A stretch of DNA of 64,000 nucleotides from positions 13,144,001 through 13,208,000 of the forward strand of contig NC_090415.1 in assembly GCF_036365525.1 (NCBI RefSeq), given 5' to 3'. Shown in pieces: positions 21,064 through 33,228 of the stretch (the first letter of the stretch is position 1; each line of letters begins with the position of its first letter). The translations under genes and the position numbers were made by a program. The notes beneath the pieces were generated by a model. The model saw nothing but the letters and a program-made list of their open reading frames with translations. It was not told the origin of the DNA and did no database searches. This DNA comes from Heterodontus francisci (Eukaryota).

Positions 21064-23810
21064 ATAATTACAGGTCAGTCAGTCTAACCTCAGTAGTGAG
21101 CAAAATATTGGAATCATTCTGAGAGACAGGATAAACTGTCACTTAGAAAGGCATCGATTAGTCAAGCATCGTCAGCGTGGATTTGTGAAGGGAAGATGTC
21201 GTCTGACCAACTTGATCGAATTTATTGAATTAATAACAAGGAAGTTGGATGAGGGCACTGCAGTTGATGTGGTCTACATGGAGTTTAACAAGGATTTTGA
21301 CAAGTTCCCACATGGCAGACTGTTTCAAAAAGTAAAATCCCGGGGGATCCAGGAAAATACAGTAAGCTGGATGTAAATTAGGTTCAGTGGCAGGCAATAA
21401 AGGGTAATTATTAACGGGTGTTTTTGCGATTGGAGGGCTGTTTCCATTGGCGTTCCGCTCAGTACTGGGTCACCTGCTCATTGTGGTATATATTAATGAT
21501 TTGGACGTAAATGTAGGGGAAATGATCAAGAAGCTTACAGACGACACAAAAATTGGTCGTGTGATAGAAAGCGAGGAGGATTGCTGTAGGCTGCAGGAAG
21601 ATATTGATGGTCTGGACATATGGGCAAAAAAATGACAAATGGAATAAAATTCGGATAAGTGTGAGGCGATGCATTTTGGGAGGTCAATCAAGGCAAAGGA
21701 ATACATGATTAATGGGAATATACTGAGTTGTGTAGAGAATGTGAGGGACCTTGGAGTAAATGTCCACTGACCCAGAAGGTAGCAGGACAGGTCTACAAGG
21801 TGGTTAAGAAGTCATGTAATTGCTTTCACATGCGTTCAAGTCCTCGGAAGAAGGAATTTTCCTCCACACAAGATCAGGGGGCAGGTTGTTCAACCTTGCC
21901 CGTCTAAGAGCGAAGTCCAAAGTACGGAAAGTCCTCATCAGGGAACTCCTCTTTGCTGACGATGCTGCTTTAACATCTCATACTGAAAAGTGCCTGCAGA
22001 GTCTCATCAACAGGTTTGTGGCTGCCTGCAATGAATTTGGCCTAACCATCAGCCTCAAGAAAACGAACATCATGGGGCAGGACGTCGGAAATGCTCCATC
22101 CATCAATATTGGCGACCACGCTCTCTAAGTGGTTCAAGAGTTCACCTACCAGGCTCAACTATCACCAGTAACCTGTCTCTAGATGCAGAAATCAACAAGC
22201 GCATGGGAAAGGCTTCCACTGCTATGTCCAGACTGGCCAAGTGAGTGTGGGAAAATGGCGCACTGACACGGAACACAAAAGTCCGAGTGTATCAGGCCTG
22301 TGTCCTCAGTACCTTGCTCTATGGCAGCGAGGCCTGGACAACGTATGTCAGCCAAGAGCGACGTCTCAATTCATTCCATCTTCGCTGCCTCCGGAGAATA
22401 CTTGGCATCAGGTGGCAGGACCGTATCTCCAACACAGAAGTCCTCGAGGCGACCAACATCCCCAGCTTATACACACAACTGAGTCAGCGGCGCCTGAGAT
22501 GGCTTGGCCATGTGAGCTGCATGGAAGATGGCAGGATCCCCAAAGACACATTGTACAGCGAGCTCGCCACTGGTATCAGACCCATCAGCCGTCCATGTCT
22601 CCGCTTTAAAGACGTCTGCAAACGCGACATGAAATCCTGTGACATTGATCACAAGTGGTGGGAGACAGTTGCCAGCGTTCGCCAGAGCTGGCGGACAGCC
22701 ATAAAGGCGGGGCTAAAGTGTGGCGAGTTCCTGCAGTTGGCAGGAAAAAAGACAGAGGCACAAGGGAAGAGCCAACTGTGTAACAGCCCCGACAATCAAT
22801 TTTTTCTGCAGCACCTGTGGAAGAGCCTGTCACTCTAGAATTGGCCTTTATAGCCACTCCAGGCGCTGCTCCACACACCACTGACCACCTCCAGGCACTT
22901 ACCCATTGTCTGTCGAGATAAGGAAGCCAAAGAAGAATTGCATTATAGAGGGTACAGAGGAGATTTACAAGGATGTTGCCGGGACTGGAAAAAATGCAGC
23001 TATGAGGAAAGATTGGGTGGGCTGGGACTGTTCCCCTTGGAACAGAGAATGGTAGATCTGATTGAAATGTATAACATTTTGAGAGGCCTGGATAGAGTGG
23101 ATGTCAAGGGCCTATTTGCCTTCGCAGGGAGGTCAGTGACGAGGGGACAAAGACTGAAAGTGTTTGGTAGAAAGATTAGAGGGGAGATAAGGGAAAGTTT
23201 TCCTCACCTAGCAATGCAAAACTGAGCATCCATGAGGCTCTGTGGGCCATTCGGATTAATGTGTACAGTACTGGTCTCCTTATTTAAGGAACGGTGTAAT
23301 GCGTTGGAGGCAGCACAGAGAAGGTTTACTAGGCTAATGCCTGGAATGGACGGGCTGTCTTACGAGGAAGGATTGGACAAGCTAGGCTTGTATCCACTGG
23401 AATTTAGAAGAGTAAGATGTGACTTGATTGAAACATATAAGATCCTGAGGGGCCTTGACAGGGTGGATGTGGAAAGGATGTTTCTCCTTGTGGGAGAATC
23501 TATAACTAGGGGTCACTGTTTAAAAATCAGGGGTCGCAAATTTAAGACAGAGATAAGGAGATTTTTATTTTCTTTCGGAGGCTCATGAGCCTTTGGAATT
23601 CTCATCCTCAAAAGGCGATATAAGCGGAGTCTTTGAATATTTTTAAGGCAGTGTAAATAGTTTCTTGACGAGCAAGGGAGTGGAGGATTACCGGGGGGTG
23701 GTGGAAATGTGAAGTAATCAGTAGAGACAAAAACTTATTGAATGGCATGGCAGAGCAGGCTCGAAGGACCGAGTGGCCTACTCCTGATCATAATTCGTAT
23801 GTTCGTACAT
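21064..23810 (+). mobile_element. decayed CR1 LINE fragments (RT to 3' end), interrupted by RTE
   Basis: GRCRLTNLIEF, VVYINDLD..DDTKIG, CDLIETYKILRGLDRVDVERMF; many stops. Confidence 0.85.
21824..22935 (+). mobile_element. RTE-clade (BovB-like) LINE, 5'-truncated
   Basis: GRLFNLARLRAKSKV..ELLFADDAAL, LLYGSEAWT..FHLRCLRRILGIRWQDRISNTEVL..RRLRWLGHV; (GAA) tail; AATTGC direct repeat at 21818-21823 and 22936-22941; absent from copy 2. Confidence 0.9.
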
Positions 23811-25892
23811 GAGGATCGAGTTACCAACAACAGTAGAATTGCACTCAACTGCAAACTGTAATTTCATGGCCCGGCATATCCCCCAGTCTACCATTACCAT
23901 CAAGGTAGGTGACCAAACGTGGTTCAATGAAGGGGACAGCAGGGCATGCCTGGAGCAGCACCAGGCATACCTCAAAATGAGGTGTCAACCTGGGGAAGCT
24001 ACAATACAGGATTATTTGGGGGCCAAACTGCATAAGTAGCATGCGATAGACAGAGTCAAGTGATCTCAGAACCAACAGATCAGATTTAAGCTCTGCAGTC
24101 CTGTCACATCCAGCCATGAATGGTGGTGCACAATTAAAAGACTAACTGAAGGAGGTGGCTCCACAATTATCCCCATCTTCAATGATGAGGGAGCCCAACA
24201 CATCAGTGTGAAAGATAAGGTTAAAGCATTTGCAACAATCTTCGCTCGAGGTGCCAAGTTGATGATTCATCTCGGACTCCTCCTGAACGCATCAGCTATT
24301 TCGATTCACTCCGTGTGACATCAAGTAACGACTGCAGGCACTGGAGACTGCAAAGGCTCTGGGCTCCGACAATGTTCTGGCAATAGTTCTGAAGACCTGT
24401 TCTCCAGAACTTGATCTGCCCCTAGCCAAGTTGTTCCAGTACAGCTACAACATTGGCATGTACCTGACAATGTGGAATATTCCCCAAGTATGTCTTTGAC
24501 ACCAAAAGCAGGTCATGTCCAAGCTGGACAATCAGCCTACTCTCAATCATCATAAAAGTGATGGAAGATGTCATCAACAGTGCCATCAAACGGCATTTGC
24601 TTTGTAATAACCTGCTCAGTGACGCTCAGTTTGGGTTGCTCCAGTGCCACTCAGCTCCTGACCACATTACAGCCTTAGTTCAAACATGGACAAAAGAGCT
24701 GAATTCAAGAAGTGAAGAGAAAGTGACTGCCCTTGACATCAAGGCAGCATTTGACCGAGTATGGCATCAAAGAACCCTTGCAAAACTGGGGTCAATGGGA
24801 ATCAGTGGGAAAACTCTCCGCTGGCTGGAGTCATACCGAGTGCAAAGGAAGATGGTTGTGGTTGTTCGAGGTCAATCATCTGAGCTCCAGGACTTCACTG
24901 CAGGAGTTCATCAGGGTAATGTCCTCGGCCCAACCATCTTCAGCTGATTCATCAATGACCTTCCTTCAATCATAACGTCAGAAGTGGGGATGTTCACTGA
25001 TGATTCTCCAATGTTCAGCATGATTCGTGACACCTCAGCTACTGAAGCAATCCGTGTCGAAATGCAGCAAGACCTGGACATTATCCAGGCTTGTGCTGAT
25101 AAGTGGCAAGTAACATTCGTGCCACACAAGTGCCAGGCAACTACCATCTCCAACAAGAGAGAATCTAACCATCTCCCCTTAACATTCAATGGCAATTAGC
25201 ATCGCTGAATCCCCCACTATCAATATCCCAGGAGCTACCATTGACCAGAAACTGAACTGGAGTAGCCATATAAATACCGTGGCTACAAGAGCAGGTCAGA
25301 GGATAGGAATCCTGCGACGAGCAAATAACCTGCTGACTCCCCAAAGCCTGTCCACCATTTACAAGGCAGAAGTCTGGAGTGTGATGTAATACTCATCACT
25401 TGCCTGGATGTGTGCAGCTCCAGCAACACTCAAGAAGCTCGACAGCATCCAGAACAAAGCAGCCCACTTGATTGCAACCCCATGCACAAACATTCACTCC
25501 CGCCACCACCGGCACACAGCAGAGCAGTGTGTGACATCTACAAGATGCACTGCAGCAACGAACCAAGGCTCTTTAGACAGCACTTTCCAAACCCGCGACC
25601 TCTACCAACTAGAATCTCAAGGGCAGCTGATGCATGGGAACACCACCACCTGCAAGTTCCGCTCCAAGTCACACATCATTCTGACTTAGAATTATATTGC
25701 TGTTCATTCACTGTCACTGTGTCAAAATCCTGGAACTCCCTTCCTAACAGCACTGTGGCTGTACCTACCTCACATGGAGTGCAGCAGTTCAAGAAGCCAT
25801 TTCACCACAACCTCCTCAAGGGCAGTGAGGGATGGGCAATAAATGCTGGCCGAGCCAGCAAAACCCACATCATATGAATGAATTTGAAAAAA
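23810..25892 (+). mobile_element. L2-group LINE, decayed
   Basis: SDAQFG..HSAPDHITALVQTWTKEL..ALDIKAAFDRVWH..MFTDD; tail AATAAATGCTGGCC..CCCACATC..ATGAATGAAT. Confidence 0.8.
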
Positions 25893-26120
25893 AGTGTGGC
25901 GGTGTTCTGGAACTCACTGCCTGAAAGGGTAGTTGAGGCATAAACCTTCAACTCATACAAAAGAGGTCTGGATATCCATCTCAAGTGCCGTAATCTGCGG
26001 GTTACGGACCAAATGCTGGCAGCTGGGATTAGAATAGGTGGAATTCTTTTCGGCTGGCACAGACACGATGGGCCAAGTGGCTTCTTTCTGTGCCATAAAA
26101 TTTCGATGCTTCTGTGATTC
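25893..26120 (+). mobile_element. CR1 3' tail
   Basis: TGGAACTCACTGCCTGAAAGGGTAG...GATGGGCCAAGTGGC. Confidence 0.7.
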
Positions 26121-27125
26121 TAAGTGAATACATATCTCTCTATCTCACCATCCTCCAAGCCTCTCCCCCAATCCAGATCTTTCTCTCTCTCTCTGCCTTT
26201 TTCTCGCTATTGATGCTGTCTCTCTCCCTCTGCCTTTGGTGCTGTATCTATGTTGGAGATACAGTTACTGAGTGTTATATGTATGCATTCAATTGTAGAA
26301 CTGATAGTCTCTCTCTCTGAATATTCAGGTGAAGGTGAAATACTGTTATTCAGTGTGAAAGGGACACACAGTTGGAAATTGTAAGACTGAAACGGTCTGT
26401 CTCCCTCCCTCTCTCACCCCTCACCCTCTTTCACTCTCCTTTTCTCTGTTGCTCTGTTGTTGTATATGAAAGAGGAATGAAGTTATTGAGCGTGTTATGG
26501 ATACGCTGAAGAGACGTACGGTATTGGAACAGTGAACACGCCACCAATGCCGCAGGTGAGACGGTCACTGTCACTTCTCCGCTCGTATGTTCGAATCTGA
26601 CGGTGTATTTATCCATCTTCAGTCCTGAATCTAAGCACGGAGAGAACCAGCCTGTCACTGCCTGGAACAAAATAAAAACACTGTGTATGAATGTGGGATT
26701 ATTGTGCAACTGGACGTCTCTCCTTGAGAATGGGATGTCTAGGACACCTAGAAAAAAATATGGATGGAATGTAGGGACAGACAGGGCATAATTTGTATTT
26801 TCACCGTCAGGAAACATGCTTGTGTGTGATCAATATAATAACATCAAAGCCGACAATGGTTTGAACACATTCAAAGCTGTGATTGGCTCTTGACGCCAAA
26901 TCTGGGAAACAGACAACATTCGCAGCGCCAGTCTCCGAGTGTTTGTCACTTACTGAGTCCAGAAAATACAAATACCCACCGTGAATCCGCAGCACAGGCC
27001 GAAAGGAGAGGAAATCCTGTCCTGGAAACGCTAAATTTAACGAACATTTCGGCCTGAGATTGTGTGGATGTGAATATTGTGGAAGAGAGTGTATTGAAGG
27101 GACGGGCGCGTTAGTCTAATGCCAC

Positions 27126-27555
27126 TGTGTTTGTGGGTCTGGTCTCATCGCCGGATTTCCGAATCCCTCTTGTGTAAAATAACAAGATTCTTCAGTCAAA
27201 GAAGCACTTTGCTCCCCTTCTAATCCTCAAAGTGGGAATTCAGTGTTGTTTGTTTGTTGATTTCAAGATTTTAGTCGAAAAGTATGGAACATGTCAGCGA
27301 TCGGCTGAGAGAGAGTCATCAGTGCAGCAATGAAACGGGTTTCAGTCGAAAATGGAGTCTTTACTTCAAGTGAAACCTTTGTGACAGCAAACATTCTGAT
27401 GTCAGAGACAGGAAGGATCTAGCCTGGGACTCTGGAATACCCGAATTTCAGTGGAATTGGAGAGTTTCGGACCAGAGAGAAACACAGAGAGGCAGCAGGA
27501 GCCGGGAGCTGACAGCAGGTTGTCTCCGCCCCGTCCGCTCACTGCCTTTAAGTTG
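27126..27555 (+). promoter_or_regulatory. H1 promoter: upstream TG-box, H1/AC-box, GC box, TATA variant
   Basis: TGTGTTT 27126-27132; AAACACA 27480-27486; CTCCGCCCC ~27524-27532; TTTAAG ~27547. Confidence 0.75.
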
Positions 27556-27630
27556 CTCAGTGCCGCCACCACCAGCTTCATTTCTGACCCAGTTCTGACT
27601 GACAGAGAGACTTTGTGCAGATTCCTGGAC

Positions 27631-28314
27631 ATGACCGATACTGCAGCCGCCGAAACGGCTCCTCCAGCCGCCGCCGCTCAAGTCAAGACTCCCAAGAAGA
27701 AGAAGGCGGCTCCCCGGAAGGGGTCAGGCGGTCCCAAGTTGGGCGAGCTGATCCTCAAGACTGTGGCGGAATGCAGTGTCCGCAGTGGGATGTCACTGCA
27801 GGCAATAAAGAAGGCTCTGCGTGTTAAAGGTGTCGATGTGGAGAAGAGCAAGTTCCCAATCAAGCAAAGTATCAAGCGGCTTGTGGCGAAAGACTTCCTG
27901 GTGCAGACGAAGGGCACGGGGGCCTCCGGCACCTTCAAAATCGCGAAACAGGAAAAGAAGGGAAATGTGGTGAAGAAGATTAAGACAGGAGCAGCCAAGA
28001 GATCTTTAGTGAAGAAAACAGCTGCCAAGAAACAGATCACAAAGAAAACAGCCAAGAAATCCCCAGGGAAGAAAATAGTCGCCAAGAAAGTGAGCAGCAA
28101 GAAGACAGCAGCCAAGAAAGTGAGCAGCAAGAAGACAGCAACGCCAAAGAAGGCGGTAAAGAAAGCAACGCTTCCAAAAAAATCTCCAGCGAAGAATGCC
28201 AATAAAACCAAGAGGGCCACGGGCGGAAAGCCGCCCAAGAAAGTCCAATCGTCAAGGGGCGGGAAGAAGCCGAAAGCAGCAAAGGCTCAGAAAGCAGCTC
28301 CTGGAAAGAAGTGA
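27631..28314 (+). CDS. H1: linker histone H1, 227 aa
   Basis: MTDTAAAETAPPAA.., winged-helix globular domain (GMSLQAIKKAL..LVQTKGTGASGTFK), Lys/Ala-rich tail with S/TPxK motifs; stem-loop follows. Confidence 0.95.
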   Translation: MTDTAAAETAPPAAAAQVKTPKKKKAAPRKGSGGPKLGELILKTVAECSVRSGMSLQAIKKALRVKGVDVEKSKFPIKQSIKRLVAKDFLVQTKGTGASGTFKIAKQEKKGNVVKKIKTGAAKRSLVKKTAAKKQITKKTAKKSPGKKIVAKKVSSKKTAAKKVSSKKTATPKKAVKKATLPKKSPAKNANKTKRATGGKPPKKVQSSRGGKKPKAAKAQKAAPGKK

Positions 28315-28350
28315 AACAGCACGGGAAACTTGTAGACATCTGAACCCAAA

Positions 28351-28391
28351 GGCTCTTTTCAGAGCCACCCACGTCTCTCAGGAAAGAGCTG
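28351..28391 (+). terminator. histone stem-loop (28351-28366) and downstream element of H1
   Basis: GGCTCTTTTCAGAGCCACCCA...GGAAAGAGCTG. Confidence 0.96.
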
Positions 28392-28873
28392 ATCCCCCGA
28401 TCAAATGATCCCTGTCCCGCAGTCGTGTGCACATTTCACCTAGAAATGATTTGAAGTAAATCCAAGTTCCCTGGTGACTCTCAACCCAGCCCTTCCTCAC
28501 TCTCTGCAACAAATCAGGGATGTCCGGGCCTCACTGTACCGGGGTATATGTTCGGTGAAGTCTCAGTTCATGCTCGTTTCAGGGCGACAGCCTGTCACAC
28601 AGTAACACGGGCGAGATACCCCGCGTCACATCTCAAACCCCAATACATGATTTTGTATAATTCAGCTGGGGTTCGGTTTCAGTAAACTGCTCAATCCGTC
28701 TGGGAGGAGAGGTGTGCCGAAACAGGTTGGCTTGTGATCGGAAGCACTGTACTTATTACTAACTTTTATTTGTTACAGATCCGTATTTAGACCGCCGGTT
28801 TTTGTTATCAGTGACTATCAATGCCGAATCTCCATGTTTTATGCTGAGCTCTAATGTCGAGAATTGTTTTTTG

Positions 28874-29382
<509 letters not shown>

Positions 29383-29412
29383 ACAAATCCACCTTGTCTA
29401 CCAAAAACAAAA

Positions 29413-29428
29413 GGCTCTTATAAGAGCC
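29413..29428 (+). terminator. histone stem-loop of H4 (loop TATA)
   Basis: GGCTCTTATAAGAGCC followed by ACCCA. Confidence 0.9.
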
Positions 29429-29881
29429 ACCCAAAACCTCATATAGAGATAAGTGACCTTGAAACTGCAGCGGGGATGTCTTGGGATGTGAAATTGTTGG
29501 AGCTCATCCAATGTTATGTGGACTTTATCAGATCAGTATTGCATTCTCTTATAGTCACTTTACGTCTCGCACATTTTTTCACTGTCTTCTTCTGTTCCAT
29601 GTTTAATAACCGCGTCATGAATTAAAAGGTTGCATTTGATAATGTCCATTGCCGACCTGAACTGCCGGGAAAGATGTAGAAAAGGATTTACTCCCGTTAG
29701 AGTAAGAAATGGCCGGAGCTTTATTCCCGCCTGAGACCGAACAAGGAATGAACCCCTATTCAAACCGTATTGGAAGAAACGGAGGGGGAATCGAGGGCCG
29801 AAAAATGAAGCTCCAAGCAATGAGATTTTATAATTGTTCCCGCCGAATTAGGTTTTATTTAATCTTTGAGTATTTTGCTAA

Positions 29882-30045
29882 TTTGAAATTGGCGGGCTTT
29901 TTGAAATTGATGAAATTTCAGTTGCAGTTCAACCAATCAGGGAGCAGCAATTCCCACCGCCCTTTTCCATCGTTTCAAATTGGATGATGGACGGGGTTTC
30001 ATCCAATCACAACATTAGGGCGGTCGTTCGACTGTCTTAAATAGG
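29882..30045 (+). promoter_or_regulatory. H3 promoter: CHR/E2F-like element, CCAAT boxes, TATA variant
   Basis: TTTGAAATTGGCGGGCTTTTTGAAA 29882-29906; CCAAT ~29933 and ~30003; CTTAAATAG ~30036. Confidence 0.72.
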
Positions 30046-30098
30046 CAGTCCCTGAGCAGCTTCAGCATTAAACGTGACATTGTGTAAGGTCTCCGTAG

Positions 30099-30512
<414 letters not shown>

Positions 30513-30555
30513 ACTGACCCTGCCCGGAACTGAGTTCGGCATCAAATACCACAAC

Positions 30556-30598
30556 GGCTCTTTTAAGAGCCACCAAATCGACAAAAGGAAGAGTTGTG
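30556..30598 (+). terminator. histone stem-loop (30556-30571) and downstream element of H3
   Basis: GGCTCTTTTAAGAGCCACC...AAAAGGAAGAGTTG. Confidence 0.95.
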
Positions 30599-30959
30599 AT
30601 CTCTTGTTCATTCCAGCACATAAACGTCTCAGAAGGTTTTGATCACTTATTTACTCAAAGCCGGGAGACACAAATACTTTTGTCTGCATCCGGCAGCTGG
30701 AGATTTCATGACGTGGCAGTTGTAAGATCGAGAGTCGCGATACCAATGTGCACAGCGCATTTTAATAGACCGGCGATCGTTTTAGGACTGAACAAATGTT
30801 TGTGGTACATAAAGGGTAGAATGGTAAAAGTGCCTTTCTAATAGGGTCTGAGGGAATTAGAATGTATTTCATCTGATGAGCAGCTAAATACCAAAATCCA
30901 GTACACTTCATTCCAACACAAAACAATGATAACAGTATAATATTACAGTCTTTCAGACA

Positions 30960-31005
30960 GTAACCAGCCCTTTCACAGATAAAGTGGGTGGCTCTGAAAA
31001 GAGCC
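30960..31005 (-). terminator. histone stem-loop (30990-31005) and downstream element of H2A
   Basis: reverse complement GGCTCTTTTCAGAGCCACCCA...GAAAGGGCTG. Confidence 0.95.
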
Positions 31006-31035
31006 TTTGGGTTCACAGATTCAAGTCAGGCCGCT

Positions 31036-31545
<510 letters not shown>

Positions 31546-32269
31546 TCATTGTGCTGTACATGTAACCAATCAGAGAGCTGCTCAATTCACCAATCACAAG
31601 AAGACAGTGAGTTGAGAGCGGAAAATAAGAGCGCGAAATGGTCAGGCTCCCAACGATATTTCACATTTGAAAAGCCCGCCAATATATTTGTAAAACAAGG
31701 GGCGGCTTCAATATAGAATATCACATTTATAGGTTATATTGTTTTACAGAAAACATTGGAAAAACATTTTCATTTTTTTATTCCACATTTTGTCCCAGAT
31801 TCGCTTTTGTAATCCGCCATGTATTCTGCTTTATTCTTTTTCATGATACAGTCTAACCAGCGGCTGAAAGACTCATTCACAGCATTTTGTAACCGGACAC
31901 ATTTCAGGTCAATCTTCGTAATTATACTGTATCACTGATTCTAGATTGATCCCTTTTCGTGGGAGACAAAAGCGGAGTATAGATTTTCAGTGTCACGGGT
32001 TAGAGACTGAGGGTGCCTAAACCAACGAGGTTTCTTAACAATGTACTTATTCATAAAGATAGCCGAACTTCAACACGGCAACCAAGTAACTGAGAACATC
32101 TTTAAATCATGCGTTAAATCAGCTTTCATTTTCGAAATATAGCAAAGGGGCCAAAATGAATCTGCATTAACCTGAACTGAACGGATTTAAACAGAGATTT
32201 ACAACCGCCATCAAAAATGTGCAGAGTGTTCGTATTAACATAAAAAGAATTCGATAATCATGATGATGT

Positions 32270-32312
32270 TGTAGCTATTTCAGAGAAATTGTGGGTGGCT
32301 CTTAAAAGAGCC
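32270..32312 (-). terminator. histone stem-loop (32297-32312) and downstream element of H2B
   Basis: reverse complement GGCTCTTTTAAGAGCCACCCA...GAAATAGCT. Confidence 0.95.
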
Positions 32313-32350
32313 TTTTTTGCATATTGTGTTTTTCAGTCCATGATGGATAT

Positions 32351-32731
32351 TTACTTGGAGCTGGTGTACTTGGTGACCGCCTTTGTACCTTCCGACACGG
32401 CGTGTTTGGCCAGCTCCCCGGGCAGCAGCAGGCGCACGGCGGTCTGGATCTCCCGGGAGCTGATGGTGCTGCGTTTGTTGTAATGGGCCAGGCGGGAAGC
32501 CTCACCCGCGATTCGCTCGAAAATATCATTCACAAACGAATTCATGATGCTCATGGCCTTGGAAGAGATGCCGGTGTCAGGGTGAACCTGCTTCATCACT
32601 TTGTACACGTAGATGGAGTAACTTTCTCTCCTGGATCTTCTCCGTTTCTTGCTGCCCTTTGGTGGCGCCTTCTTCTGAACTTTCTTGGCGCCCTTCTTAG
32701 AAGGTGCTGCTGTTTTCTTGTCGTCAACCAT
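32351..32731 (-). CDS. H2B: histone H2B, 126 aa
   Basis: [14 protein letters not shown]...VTKYTSSK; TATA and octamer variant upstream at ~32785-32816. Confidence 0.97.
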   Translation of the reverse strand: MVDDKKTAAPSKKGAKKVQKKAPPKGSKKRRRSRRESYSIYVYKVMKQVHPDTGISSKAMSIMNSFVNDIFERIAGEASRLAHYNKRSTISSREIQTAVRLLLPGELAKHAVSEGTKAVTKYTSSK

Positions 32732-32879
32732 GATCACGATCAACTTCAGACACAGAATAACCGAAATTTCGCTCCAAGCTCGCATTTTATAGACATCCCC
32801 AGAACCCTATGCTAATGAAGGATGGGAGAAGACCATGCTCATGATTGGCTGGTTTACAATGATGTCACTGCCTGATGTT

Positions 32880-33228
32880 GGGCGGCGCAGTGGTTCGCAC
32901 CGCAGCCTCACAGCTCCAGTGACCCGGGTTCAATTCTCGGTACTGCATGTGTGGAGTTTGCAAGTTCTCCCTGTGTCTGTGTGGGTTTCCTCCGGCTGCT
33001 CCGGTTTCCTCCCACATGCCAAAGACTTGCTGGTTGATAGGTTAATTGGCCTTTATAAAATTGCCCCTAGTATAGGTAGGTGGTAGGGAAATATAGGGAC
33101 AGTTGGTGATGTGGTAGGAATATGGAATTAGTATCGGATTAGTATAAATGGGTGGTTGATGGTCGGCACAGACATGGTGGGCCGAAGGGCCTGTTTCAGT
33201 GCTGTATCTCTAAAACTAAAACTAAAAG
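32880..33228 (+). mobile_element. HE1-like V-SINE, full length, inside the H2B promoter
   Basis: GGGCGGCGCAGTGGTT..GGGTTCAATTC head, V-core, (CTAAAA)n tail; empty site at ~3397. Confidence 0.92.

Larger units (their letters stand above)
6748..26383. repeat. segmental duplication, copy 1 (partner ~45402-63884)
   Basis: colinear near-identical sequence and ORFs at offset ~38.6 kb (8631/47250, 16313/54928), falling to ~37.5 kb after the RTE insertion (26114/63603). Confidence 0.93.

Noticed and set aside
32880-32945. tRNA gene
   Set aside because: tRNA-derived SINE head continuing into V-core and CR1 tail; no complete cloverleaf
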